From positions 27,927 to 91,926 of the forward strand of contig JAHLWZ010000711.1 in assembly GCA_020536535.1 (NCBI GenBank): a DNA stretch of 64,000 bases. Direction: 5' to 3'. The notes under the pieces were generated by a model, which did no database searches, had not been told where the DNA came from, and was given only the letters and a program-made list of their open reading frames with translations. Shown here piece by piece: positions 40,139 through 53,200 of the stretch. The DNA is from Pelomyxa schiedti. Lineage: Eukaryota; Protista; Evosea. How positions within the stretch are numbered: position 1 is the first letter of the stretch; each line of letters opens with the position of its first letter. Position numbers and translations under genes: made by a program.

Positions 40139-43100
40139 TCAAATACAAACAAAGAGGAGGGCAGAAAGGAATGCTGTTGAAAACGTGAGATAAGGGATCT
40201 GCGCGGGGGAAAAAAAGGCCGTACCCATTTTGCGGAAGGGTGCGGAGGAAGCTGACACGGAGACAGTATGAGACATATCGTCATCAGAGCTTCTTGATGG
40301 GGAGAGAGAAGATTGAAGTGAGATATGGGAGGATTGCACGTTGGAGAGTGAAAGTGATGATTGTGATGCAAAGCGCGATTCTGGTTGTGAGTTGGAGAAA
40401 GATGGCGATTGTGATATGGATTGTGATTGTGTGTGTGAGGACGAGTGAGATGGTGAATTGGATTGGGATAAGGGGGACTGAGATTCTGAGTGCGACTGAG
40501 ACAATGATTTAGATGGATATTGTGACTGTGACTGTGATGGTGATTGTGACTGCGATTGGGATTGGGATTGAGACTGCGACTGCGATTGGGATTGCGCTTG
40601 TGATTGGTACTGCGACTGCGATTGCGATTGTAGTTGTGATTGAGATTGCGATTGCGATTGTGATTGTGACTGGGAAAGGGAATGCAGCAGAGACTTGGAT
40701 TGCGACTGATAGCGAGACGACTCCGACCAAGTCAGTGAAGGTGGCTGTGAAGCGGATTGTGACTCTGACCCTGAGCCGCACCCTGACCCTGACTCTGAAT
40801 GTGATGGGTCCACTGACGTCGGTGACGATACCAGCGAGGATTGGGATTGGGATTGGGATTGAGATTTGGATTGGGAGTGGGACTGGGACTGATAAGACTG
40901 GGGTGGTGAGGACTGGGATTGCGACTGCGACTGAGACTGAGACTGGAAAGTAGTCGTTGATGATTGTGATGAAGACAGCAACAGAGAGGTAGAGGTGGAA
41001 TGCGATGAAGATAGCAATAGGGAGGAAGAGGTGGAATGCGATGAAGACTCGGAGCTAGATTGCGAGAGTGAAACAGAAGTGGATGTTGATGAAGACCTTG
41101 ATTTGGAAGACGATAATTCGCTGCTAGGTGACTCTGACTGGCTGCAAGGCCAATAGGTACCTCTGGAACTCACTACACTTTCCAACTCAGAATCCCAAAA
41201 TACATCAGTAGATGACGCAGTGTTACTGANNNNNNNNNNNNNNNNNNNNNNNNNNNNNNNNNNNNNNNNNNNNNNNNNNNNNNNNNNNNNNNNNNNNNNN
41301 NNNNNNNNNNNNNNNNNNNNNNNNNNNNNGACGATAATTCGCTGCTAGGTGACTCTGACTGGCTGCAAGGCCAATAGGTACCTCTGGAACTCACTACACT
41401 TTCCAACTCAGAATCCCAAAATACATCAGTAGATGACGCAGTGTTACTGACAACTGCGGCAATGCAATTGAGCATTCCCGGGGCAATGTTCACTGCAACG
41501 TCATTGTTCCAGTATCTAGTACGGCAGTTAGGTCCAGAAATGTTATTTGAGTAATCCGGAGATAATACAGATATTCATGGTTGGATGCTACATCGTTTAT
41601 CACCTATTTAGGTTGAGCACCTGCATTACTAGGGGGAAGTACCTTTACACCATTGAAATATACATCAGCACCGTTATCTGATGCGGCATGGAGTGTTGTA
41701 GTAACAGTATTCTCAGGTGGAGTGAAGCAATACCGGAAATAGTACCATCCAGCAAGAGTGCTTGATGGAATTGTTGTTTTTATTGGGGTTTCTCCAAAAC
41801 CGAGTGGTGCAACGCCCGTACTCCAACCAGAATCATCGAAGCTATTCATTACATTATTCCCCCCAAGATTTGCGGTTGTGGGAACAACCTGTTACTTTGC
41901 CATCCGTCAGGTAACTGAGACTCAAGTAAGTAAGTATATCGCCAGATTGTGGAACTGCCACGCGGAACTAGAAGGGCAGTTGCAGATACCCTTGCGATGA
42001 GGGTGAAGAGGTTATTTTCTTCGTTAACTTCATCCTGGGTGTCTGTACTGTCTAATTCCACTGACCAAGTGTAGTCATAGTTAGAAGAAGGACTCCATGT
42101 GTACCTGGTTGGAACCAGTGTATTTAAGGTGCTAGTGAGAAAACCTCACATACTTCAAGTCATATGTTGCATCAGGTGACAGTGCGGGAATACTCTCCTG
42201 CCATGAAGAGCAGCCATCTTGGTTAGAGATAACTGCATAGGACGCAGTGGAAGGGACAGTCCCAATGTTTCTGATTCTGAATACCATAGAATAGTTCTGC
42301 AAGTTGCTCATCAGAAGCAGTTAGAAACATAGCCAATACCTGTCCATAAGTAGCATCAATTATGCGGTGACAGTTTTCCACATAAAGATCCGGTTTTGTG
42401 ACACGATTAATGGTTACGTGGTCGACATTTGCAAAGTCAGATGAAGGAGCAAAAGCTCTGTGACTCTTTAGGAAGGAGTCCCCATAAAAAGAAATGTACC
42501 TCAAGTTCATTTGATCTTTATGTACATCCACAATTGTATATGCATATGCACTACTGCAAATATCTGACTGTGGAACAGTGGGACTGGCACAGGTATGCAA
42601 TGGGGCACCCCCTGACCCAGGGATTAAATCTATGCCACGCTGAGTTCTTACACATATATTTGAATTAGTTACATACATACTATTCCATCTTGATGACAGC
42701 GTTCGTACTTGTGATCATGACCACTAACAACCTAGTGGAGTTAAGTTTGGGTGAGATGCTATGAAGAAGTACCAAATCTGGAGGGGACGCCGCAAATATA
42801 GGTAGAAAAATGTTCTTTTGAGGAATAATTAGATGAACACCTATAATGAACGGAAAACCTGAATGCTTGTGTAATCTCTTGTTGTGGAAGAAGAAAAAAT
42901 GGGACTGTGCATCATAAATATTTGCCAACTACAAAAAGGTCTTTCAGCAGCCAATCTCTCTGCGAGCCACAAAACCTATCGTACCAGATAAAACGTACTA
43001 CAAATGGAAGAAACTGACCTGGGGGCTTGTGCTAGAGACTCCATCGACCCAATCAATTGCATAAATGCACACGAGTGAGGAGACATTGAATTCGTAATAA

Positions 43101-44142
43101 TGTTCACTTGGGTATGGAGGGAGAGCAAATTCAGTGTAGAAATTGATGGTATCATGATTTCCACGGCAGGGCATCATGGGAGACACTGAGGAATGTGGGT
43201 AAACGTCACCAAAGAAATTCACCCATTGTGAAGCCACATTCCCATCCTCAATTAAGTCACCTAAGGCCAAAATAAAAAAAAATAAAAAGAGAGATACCTT
43301 GTTATGTTTTAATTCTATGTTATGGAGATGTAAAACCTGCAAGGATCGAAAATGCAGGCTTGGATCGCCATATGTCATCCACTACGTCTTGCAGAATGGC
43401 GCGATTGGTGCGCGTGTCTGCCCATGCCACAAACGTAAGGTAGTTGGCAGTAGAATANNNNNNNNNNNNNNNNNNNNNNNNNNNNNNNNNNNNNNNNNNN
43501 NNNNNNNNNNNNNNNNNNNNNNNNNNNNNNNNNNNNNNNNNNNNNNNNNNNNNNNNNCTGCAAGGATCGAAAATGCAGGCTTGGATCGCCATATGTCATC
43601 CACTACGTCTTGCAGAATGGCGCGATTGGTGCGCGTGTCTGCCCATGCCACAAACGTAAGGTAGTTGGCAGTAGAATATGGAACTGTATATTGTAATGTC
43701 TCACCCCACCCGTCTGAATTACATCCAACAGAAAACTCTAAGAAAATAAAAGGTAAAAAAAATGAAGCAACTTTGGGTGGCTTGCCAACCATAAACTTCC
43801 CCCTGAACCAAATCAGTCACTTCCACCAAGTGTGAAGTGGTGAGAGTGCTGGACCCGACCGTAAAATTTCCACTTGGCCCAGAGTACTTTACATACGACT
43901 CACACGATGAAGCTTTTCAAGTCAGTGGTCTTCCCCAAGAAACTGACAAAATAAAACGACAAAAAACGAGAAAATGAGAACGTGTGAAAAGTGAACTAAC
44001 TTGTCTGCCACATCAGTGTGAGCGTGGACACAGTTGCATGTTGCCACGTCAGGTGCAACTGCGACGGTGCACCATAAGCTAACGGCGACACAACCGTCAC
44101 TACAATCATCCACGTTACACCTTCTCCAAGCCGCCACGCCAT
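40139..44142 (-). CDS. Surface metallophosphoesterase: purple-acid-phosphatase-like N domain, calcineurin-like catalytic domain, CARDB, galactose-binding-like domain, SQ-rich stalk and hydrophobic (GPI/TM) C-terminus
   Basis: PSQLHLTW..LMWQT, WADTR, AGDL, GNHD, SGHDHKYER, GSGGAPL; CARDB-type DSTDTQDEVNEENN; WRY..FDDSGWSTGVAPLGFG..YYFR..DNGADVYFNG. Two scaffold gaps lie inside. Confidence 0.85.
40500..40945 (-). repeat. Degenerate hexanucleotide repeat encoding (SQ)n stalk
   Basis: Runs of TGCGAC/TGCGAT/TGGGAT on the plus strand; SQSQSQ in ORF 40139-41185. Confidence 0.9.
41230..41329. other. Assembly gap (100 N) with 121-bp duplicated flanks
   Basis: 41109-41229 is identical to 41330-41450. 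Confidence 0.95.
43458..43557. other. Assembly gap (100 N) with 121-bp duplicated flanks
   Basis: 43337-43457 is identical to 43558-43678. Confidence 0.95.
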
Positions 44143-44296
44143 CGCGTTTCGCCGTTGGACGTTTTTAATTTGTTTGGTTTTTTCCGTAAAGCAATTTTCG
44201 CTATTTTCTTTTAGTTCGGGGATCGTGCAGCCCTACCCAAAAAAGGAGGCTGGTCACGTGTGAGAGGATGTCCGGCAGAGTCCGTGTGGGTTGGGC

Positions 44297-45663
44297 TCAA
44301 AGGTCGGTAAGAGACCAGGGATTACCTGAGAGGCACAGCTGTACCATCTTGAGATATAGGGCTCTGTCCATCTGTGTCACGATCCGCACGTTGGGGGCCG
44401 TTTTTTGGGACCAATCAAAGACTGTGGTTCCGCGGCAGAGCCCGGTCCCGGTTTCGACTTGTCCATGCATTTTAAGGGCGTTCTGAGGAATTTTAGAGCG
44501 TGTCAGTAGGGCGCGTTGCGAACCGTGACAGAGGCCGGGATGAGTAAGACCGCCGCTGCCACACTGTCACACATAACCCACTCGGGAACGTCGGGAGATG
44601 TTCTGATAAAGGCTTCTAAGTTCTAAGTTATAAAAGGGGATATAAACCTGTGCTCGGAATTGGGCCTTGACATCCCTTCATAAACAGCACATATCTTGCC
44701 AATGTATTTCGAAAATGGTGATGGTCCAGACTTCACCAAAGTGTCAAACTCCTTCCACGTAAGAGTCATAGCTATAGTTTGCTCCCAGCTCACCATCGTT
44801 AGATAAGTACCAGAGAGGGCACAATGTGAGAAAACTATCGAGGCTGCTTCTGCATCAACATATCTTTGCCAACAATTAAATCAAAGGATGTTTACAGTGA
44901 GTGGTACATATTGAATTCAGCTGAGTAACTGGTATTTCCCTTTGCAAGGTGAGAACCGCCCATTAGAGTGATTCCAGTCAGCTTACTTGGTAAGGTGGGG
45001 TCAAGACTCATCGCAATGGCAATGTTCGTCAGCGGGCCTTTTTTTGTTGTTATGAACTTGTATGTTTTGTTTTTGCTTTGTTCTGCGCTTACCAAGGCAT
45101 AGAAGGTGATATTTGTGTGGGTTAGTATTTACCATTTGCACAATTGCTGAAGCAGCAATTTCCTTCCGCGCGGTTATGGAAGGGGTAGTAAGTTGATCTG
45201 CCGCATTTCCAACCCCATCTCTTCCATGTCCTTCACTGATTCAATAAGGAAATACGATAAACGAACGGGAACCTGGCCATGATGTGTATTTGAAGGTGGG
45301 CAACAAAGGACTATCAGCGCCAGCAAAGATGGGGATCTAAACAATACATTAACCACAATGCTGTTGCCCCTAAAGACTGGTACATCAGGTTTATTGACGA
45401 GCTCGAGGAGCCTGGCTGCGTTCACTACGCCATCTGCAATAAAAAATGAGTACAGCGAGTCCAATGTCCATCGCCCACTCATTACTTGCAACAGGCGTGT
45501 TTCCGCAAACAATGGTTATTGCGTCCACAGAGCAGTTGTTGCATGTGAGAGTACACAAAGCCGCCAACGCGTCATCGACACCCATATCACTATCAATAAT
45601 GACGTGGATCTTGTCGTCACCAACCGGATCTCGCACACTGGACAGTCCCACACTCGCCGCCAT
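44297..45663 (-). CDS. Inosine/uridine-preferring nucleoside hydrolase family protein, multi-exon
   Basis: VIIDSDMGVDDA, CGN, GHGRDGVG, GPLTNIA, MGGS..GN..AEFN, DAEAA, MCDSVAA, RGTTVFDW. Confidence 0.93.
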
Positions 45664-45978
45664 CACCGCTTGATTTTCAATTAAAACAACAAGAAACAAA
45701 AAAAAAGGGTGTGACTTTTTCCAACTTAGCTACGGCGAATCGCAGCGAAAAAACCGTGGAAATTAGCTGCTTACAGTTGCAACTGGGTTTCTCTTTGAGA
45801 TCTTTTGGGGGTTAGAATGGAGGGACCTGGTGGCGTCCATCACCGATCTGATTGACATTTTTTTTATTCTGTCAAAACAAAAAAAGTTGGCAGTTACTGC
45901 TGTCACATTTCCTAACAAACAAATAAAAACCGAGAAGCAAACAGAGCCGGACGCACATCGTCATCGTGAGGTGAGAAA

Positions 45979-47135
45979 ATGAGTTTTGGCGACAACGTAA
46001 GTGGACAACCTATGATGCTCAACGTACCTACGATAAACAACACCGGTGTCCCGGTCGTTGGTTACGGCGTACCTGCTGTTAACGTGATGCCGGGCATGCC
46101 GCCGGGGGGCGTCGGAACTTACATGTACGCGTATCCTGTGCAACCTGCTGTACAACAGATGGACATTTTGAAACAACTCACAGAGGCGGTATCTGGTACA
46201 GTCTACTTTCCCTATGTATGTTAGTTACACCTCGTTCTTACTTTGGTTATTAGAGTTTGTGAGGAATGTTGTCAGAGTGCAAGAGCTCCTCCAGCTTGTT
46301 GGTACCCCTAGGGACTCGCAGGAAACAAGAAACCGCCTGTACGTCCAACGTTCCCCCTTCTTGCTCTTAGTATACCTTTTAGAAACGCCCTTGTTTCTAC
46401 AACGAGCGACCAAATGAAGGCAATTGCTGTATCCATACGAAAGCTTGCTAGTGATCCCTCAATTCAACCAGTAGACCTTTTTGTCCACACTGCCTTTTCC
46501 TTATTCAATCCCCTCAGACTACTAAGAGAGAACAAGCAAAAGTAATTAAGAACTTCATGGAAGTGGCAGAAACCTTTAAACACCTTTCCACTATTGCTTC
46601 AGAGAAGGAGAGGATGCCTTTACCCCCAAAGCAATTCTCGCAACCCACTGCTGCAACTGAAGAGTAACTCACTTCACTTGAAATAGTCTCCTAATGGCAC
46701 CATAGGAGAGAAGTAGGCCAAGAGAATGTATCTTTAATGAGGCAAAACCAACTACAACAAATTGAGCAAGAGACGGACCTAAATGCAAGAATCCTTCAAG
46801 ACCGACATGATAGTATTCAACAACTTGAGGCCAAAGTGATCGAGGTAAACGAAATCTTCCGAGATCTTGCTTCCCTTGTACAAGAGCAGGGTCACATGAT
46901 TGGTAATACTAACTTTGGTTCCTTTTTCTTCAAGTAACCCATTTCTCTAGATAACATCGAGGTCAACATAGAGCACGGCCTGGTTCACACCGAAAAAGGA
47001 GTTTCCGAGCTTCAGAAGGCTGAACGCTCAACCACGAACTCACGCAAAAGGATGTGCTTCCTGCTCGCCGTTGTTGGCGCGATTGTTCTGATTCTCATAC
47101 TCGTCATCACCCTGTCAATAGTAACAAGCAGGTGA
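45979..47135 (+). CDS. Qa-SNARE syntaxin (syntaxin-7/Pep12/Vam3-like), multi-exon
   Basis: VGTPRDSQETR (Habc), SNARE motif RHDSIQQLEAKVIEVNEIFRDLASLVQEQGHMIDNIE, C-terminal TM. Confidence 0.92.
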
Positions 47136-47293
47136 TGGTTTCTAGCCTAGTTCTTGTCAACCTTTGTTGTGAATAGAGTTTCTTTTTTTTTAGCAAACAA
47201 AATAAAACAAAAAAACCTTTTTTGGTTTATCACCAAATGGCTTATACAAAAAAAGCTTTTTCTTTTGTCTTTTTATTAGAGAAACGAATCATT

Positions 47294-50200
47294 TCATACA
47301 GTACTTTCCGGGCAAATCCACACATTTGGGTCCACAAGCAACGGTTCGGTTGTAGTGGCTTCCACGAGTGGAATTTTCGCGAGCACCTCTGGTGCTACTG
47401 GTTTTGGTGAGGAGGCATCTGGGTGGTACGCATGGACGAGTGTGGATACCTTGTGGGGAGAGTGTTAAGAGGGGATGAGAGGGGATGGAGTAGGTGGGGT
47501 ATAGTTCATACTTGTGCCATATTGAGATGGCCAAAGGCGGTGTTGATTCCCTCGTCATGAAGAAGGCAAGACTTGTCCATGGCAAGCAAGTTACTTGCTT
47601 CTCTTATCTGTACCAGGTAGTTCCTGTTCGGGAAAGTGTAAGCATAAACGGAAGCTTCTGTTTAGAGTAGAAACCTGGCAGATGACAAGTAGTTGAATCG
47701 GATGAAAAACTCTTCTAACTGAGAGATAGCCATCAGCATGTTGATTCCTCTCGAGCATGTACCTGGTGCCAAATAAGACAGGAGTTGTACAAGTGAAATT
47801 TCATACACAAATCCGGGGTTTGAACCAGCTTGTTGAAAAGGAGTCCGTTCATCCAATAGCACAACTGTACACAGAACTGCAAACTCAAGTTTTTCGACAT
47901 TTTCGTTTCATTGGCACGTTGAATTGAATCCGCAAATATTGCCAGAATTTCTCCGACAGTCCCATGCTTTACCCTTGACTTCATTGAGTTTTTATGAATG
48001 AATATTGTTAAAACCTTTGGGATGCAGTAGGCTGGGAACTAGGCTTGCTTAATACGGCAGCTGTATTTTCAAATATAGCCGGGAAAAGAATTGGTTCGAT
48101 ATTCTAAATCGTCTTCAGTTGTCACTTGATAAATACATGCTATACCTTTTGTGCTCTCCTTACAAACGTCTCGAAGGCAGTAAATGATGTAACCCGTAGA
48201 TTGTAATAAAATTGCTGCAGTACACTCTCAGTAGAGAGGGCAGGTGGCTTTACGATAAACGCTTGATCCACTTTGGTTATTCTATGTATTGTCAGTACAG
48301 TATATAGTGTTAGAGGTACTTGATAGGTTCAATTTGATGAACTTCGGCATGGACTAGATGCACTAAAGACCAAGAAATTTGAACAATGTAAGTTGACATA
48401 AGTGAGTGGTCAGCATAGTTCTACATATTCTTAGAGAAGGAAATGAGGAGGGTAATATTACCTGTACAACTGCTGTCAGTCCCCTCACGATTTGACTGAA
48501 TAATTCTTCATCAGGTTTCGAGAAGCAGTTCCATCGATGTAACGCGTCCAACAGTTTTACGCAGGGGCGAGGTACGTCGCCCTCGAAACGGGGAGATCCT
48601 ATATGGTACAAACACTGGGTAATCGTCTCACTGCATTCTAGTTTGTGCATAGCTTGTCCCAGCTGGGTCTATGTGAATTTTAGATAACGTAGTTGGTGTA
48701 TTTTGTCTAACTTGGGCTTCTAGAAGCTTTCCCTCTTCTCCCTTCAAAACCTTACAAAGAAAGTGAGTTGTGAAATACAAAAGGTATATAAAAAAAAAAG
48801 GGCGGAAAAGAATCACTTGTTGCAGTTGATCACGCTCTTGTGTAAGTGACTGTAAAAGAGATTCAGCTTCTTTGACTTTATGTTTCGATTTCTTCTTTAG
48901 GGAGCTCAGTTGCTCTCTTGCGGCCTCCAAATCGGAGAGACATGTTGCAAGCTTCGAGTCATTCTCCTGACTTTGGGTATTTAGGGAAAGCTGCGAGGAG
49001 TCAATACTGCTCTGCAGATTCATATTGTGTGTTATAGACTCCTAAAAGTAAGTTAAACACTGGTTGATGGGAGAACTCTACCTTTAATTTGGTTTCGGTC
49101 TGCTCTTTTTCTGAGAGTAATCTTTTTTCCCGCTCCGAAGAGGATTTTAGCTCGTCTTTGATTTGATCAATTTCCGTTTGTAGAGTCGTTTTGTCCGCTG
49201 AAACCTTATCTAGCTCTTGTTGCAATAGTGACATCTCCTCTGAACAGGCTTTCACATCACTACGAAGTTGCTCCGTGATCGTAGTGGCAGTGGAAAGTTC
49301 AAACTGGAGTCGATTGACCTCGTTAGTTTTATCAGAGACATCGCCATTTAACTGCTTGATCTCTGTGACTTTGGAGTCCAAGTCTATGCGAAGCTGAGAG
49401 ACTTCTGAAATTATGTCTGACTGCTTATCTGACGATTCTGCTTCCAGTAATTCCACCTGGTGCTTGTGTTTCAGAAGTTCTCCCTCTAGTTGCTTGTTAC
49501 GTTGCTTTTGTTTGGTGAGTTCCGTGTTCAGAGAGTCACTCTGAGCTTTACTTTGAGTTATCTCGGCTTCATTGTCTTTGGCTTGTTGTTTAAGACGCTC
49601 TGCCATGCTCTCAAAGAACTTGCATTCATGCTTTAGCCTGGTTATCTCGGCATTCAGGGAGGCGATATTTTTATTGAGCTGGATACTTTCAGCATGGAGA
49701 GCGTCTTTATCCAGTTTCACTTTCTCGTGCTCCGCCTGTAATTGATTGCAAGTTTGTTTATGTTGTTCTATTTCAGCCTCGAGACCAGAGATTCGTTGCT
49801 TGAAGTGCGAAATGTCAGTCTCAAGGTGCACTATTTGTTGTTTGGCTTGAGTAAGCTCAGTTGTGAGGGTGTTATTTTGTTGCTTTTGTTGGGCCAGTTC
49901 GGACCCCAGGGTTGTCAATTGCTGCTTTTGTTGCAAGATGTCACTCTCTAGGGAGGAGGCCCGTTGCTTCAATTGGTCAACTTCGGCTTCATGCCTCTTT
50001 TGCTCAGAGGCAGCCTCAAGTTGACTCTTTTCAATGGATGCAGTAAAAGCTTTATTCGTCTGCTTACTTTGATCCACTTCAGCCTCTAGTGCCTTGCACT
50101 TGACTTGGAATTGCTCAATTTCTGCTTGCAAAACTTTGTTCTGTTCTTTGAATAAAGTCAACTCCGCATCTCTCTCTGTTTCTAAAGAATTGTGACTTTG

Positions 50201-53200
50201 AGCACTTTGGTCCAACTCTGCTTCAAGTGTTTTATTACGCTGTTTGCATTGACTGAGCTCTGCTTCAAGTTTCTTGTTTGAATGTGCCATTTGCTCCAGT
50301 TGGCCTTTGAGGGCTTTGATTTTCTTTTTGCGGTGTTCCAGTTTCTCTTGAGCAGTGTGATGCCGTTCTTGCAGATTTCTAATGTCCTCTTCCAAGGCGA
50401 GCGTGTGCTGAGTCACCTTCTCGGCGCTTGTTGTTAGGGTGAGTATTTGTTGCTTTTGTTGCTCCAAATTCGCTGACAGTGTGTCATTCTGTTGCTTTTT
50501 TAGAAGAAGTTCAGCTTCCAGCTCGGCAATTTGTTGTCCTTGGTGAGAAATTTTATCCTCCAGCGCCGAGCTTTTGTGTGTTTGGTGTGTGAGTTGTGTC
50601 TCCAGTTCTGCTTTTTGTGTTTGCGCATGAGATAGCATTTCACTAAGGGAGTCTTTTTGGTTACGGTGTTGGTCTGACAGGGCAACAGTTTCTTGGAGTT
50701 TTTGCTTGGACTGCTCGAGTTCCAGCCCCAATAACGACAATTCGTGCTTGTTGTGCTCAATATCCGACTCCAGTGTAGTAATTGTGTGCTGTTGCTGGTC
50801 AAGCTTAGAGTTTAGACCAACATTCACAGATTTCTGATCTGAGATCTCAGTTTCTAGTACTCTAATTCGCTGTGTGAGTTCTTCCTGTGTAACCTTACTG
50901 TCAGTTCGATTCTGCTCCAGATCCGTTTCAAGAACTTGATTGCGTTGTTTGTACTGTGCAATTTCCAATTCCACTTGTGAGTTGTGTTGTTTACTTTGGT
51001 GGAGTTCAGTTTCAAATGCTTTTGTTTTTTGCTTTTGGTCTTCCAACTCGGATTCGAGACTCTTATTTTGTTGCTTGCTCTCTGAGAATTTCTCCTCGAG
51101 AGATGCGTACACCTGCTTGCTGTGGGCAAGTTCGTTTTCGAGGGTGGCTTTTCCTTCCTTCTCCAGTTTCAGCTCGTTCCCCAGCTTTGATACAACTTCT
51201 TTTTGGGAGATGCACTCTTTCTCTAACTCCTCAGCATGGTTTTTATGTTTCTCGGACTCCCTTTCAAGGCTTTGCAGATCTTGCTGGCGCTGCAACATTT
51301 GTCGTTCCAGTTCCTGTTTGATTTCTTTCTGCTCAGCTATCGCACTTCCCAGTTCCGTAATCTGTGCTTTGGAGCTAGCAAGTTGTTGTTCCAGTTCCGT
51401 AATGGTTGCTTTCTCCCTTTGAGATTCTACATCAACAGTTTGTCTGAGTTGCTCAAGTTGTTGATGTGAACTTGTACTGCATAGTGCCAGTTCTTTTTCT
51501 AGATGAGCTGAGCGCTCACGATGCAATGAGAGCTCTTTTTCCAAGTCTTGTTTGGCTTGTTGGTACTGGCTAAGTTCCTCTTCCATTCGTTTCAAGTCAG
51601 CAGCTTGTTTGGTTGCCTGGTCTTCAAAAACCTTACTGCCAGATTTCAAATCACTTAGTTGTTGCTTGTACTGTTTACTTTTGTGTTTGTGTTTTTTGAG
51701 GTCCTCCTCTAGTTTTTTGTACTCAGCCTTGACTTTCTCAATGTCACCCTCCAGTTGCTGCCGTATCTGCGTTTGATTTTGGAGATCATCTGCAAGTTGC
51801 TTGTTGTAGTCTTTGTTCTTCTCCAACTCCCCACTTGCAGTTCTGTGGCTATCTAATTCTGTTTCAAGTGCTTGAATGCGCAGTTTTTGTTGTTGCATAT
51901 CCGCAACTAAGGTGTTTTTCTCTTCACCAACTTGTTTAAGAGTTTCCTCTAAAGTCTTATTGAGAGCTTTGCACTCCTCAAGTTCTGACTGGGCAGCTAT
52001 GCTCTGTTTCTTTTGGAGCTGCAATTCATTTTCAATTTCCTCTGTACGCTTTTTATGCTGTTCACACAAGGACTCTAGCTGCTTGATTTGCTGGCTGCGT
52101 TGTTCTAAATCAACTTCCAATTGCTTACAATGTTGCTTATTGCTGTCAAGAACTGCCTCAAGGGAAGTCCTTTGTTCCTTGTTCTGTTCTAAAGAGAGGT
52201 CTAACTCTTTTACGTGTTCCTTGAGCTGGAAGATCTCGGCTTCAATAACGCTGGTGTGCTGCTTGTGTTGTGTGAGGTCAAACTCCAGCGTTTTATTCAT
52301 CTGGTCGATTTTCTCCAACTCTGTCTCCAGCTCTCGGTTGCGCCTCTGGCTTTTTTCGAGTTCTATTTCGACAAGTTTCACTTGTTGACTTGCTTCTCCC
52401 GCTGAATTTTGTTGCTGCGTTCGTTGGAGTTCCAGCCTTGTTTCCATTTCTTGTGTTTGGTGCTTTTGTTTTTCGATCTGCTCATCCCGCTGCTTCAGCT
52501 GGAACTGGAATTTCTCTAATTGATCTTGTTTTTCTTTCAGTTGGGTCTTGTGCTGCTGTAATTGAAGTTCTACTGCTCGGAGGTGCTCTTCGGAAGACTT
52601 GACCTGTCCTCTGCTTTGTAAAAGCTCAGCTTCTGAACCTTTGACTTTCCTTTGGAGTTCTTGTACTTTCTCTGAAGAGGTTTTTAGGGCATGGTTTGCC
52701 TTCTCTGTCTCCTGTGCATAAAGTTAAACACGCTCACTCTTAACACGAATACCTTCAGGCTCAAGGACAACTTTTCCTCAAGATCAGCTTCCTTGGTTTT
52801 GTGTGAAGAGATTTCCTGATTGAGTTTGGCCAGCTCAGTATCTTTTGCAGCGAGATCATTTCGTGTGCTAGTCAGTGCTGCTGTGAGTTGGTCTATCTTG
52901 GCACTGAGTTTCACATTTTCCTCTAATTTGACTTGAACCTCCTGGTGTACAAGTCGAAGTTGTTCTGTGGCAACTTTCTCTGATGAATATTAAGCAAAAA
53001 TGAAACATAAAAAGGAAAAAGTGCCTTTGCCGGTGGCCTCAGCTTTCAATTCAGCAAGTTGCTTTTGGAGGTCTTCTAGCTGTTGGTGCTTGATCATCTC
53101 AGATGCTGAAGCTGTATCACTACGACGCAGTGCTTCTGCCACCATTTCGTCACGTTGTTTCTCTACACTTTGCATAGACTTTGTCAGATTTGATAGTGAC

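Noticed and set aside
41109-41450. Apparent tandem duplication in the phosphoesterase gene
   Set aside because: Identical 121-bp flanks around exactly 100 N, and the same length at the second gap (43337-43678), indicate an unmerged contig overlap rather than biology.
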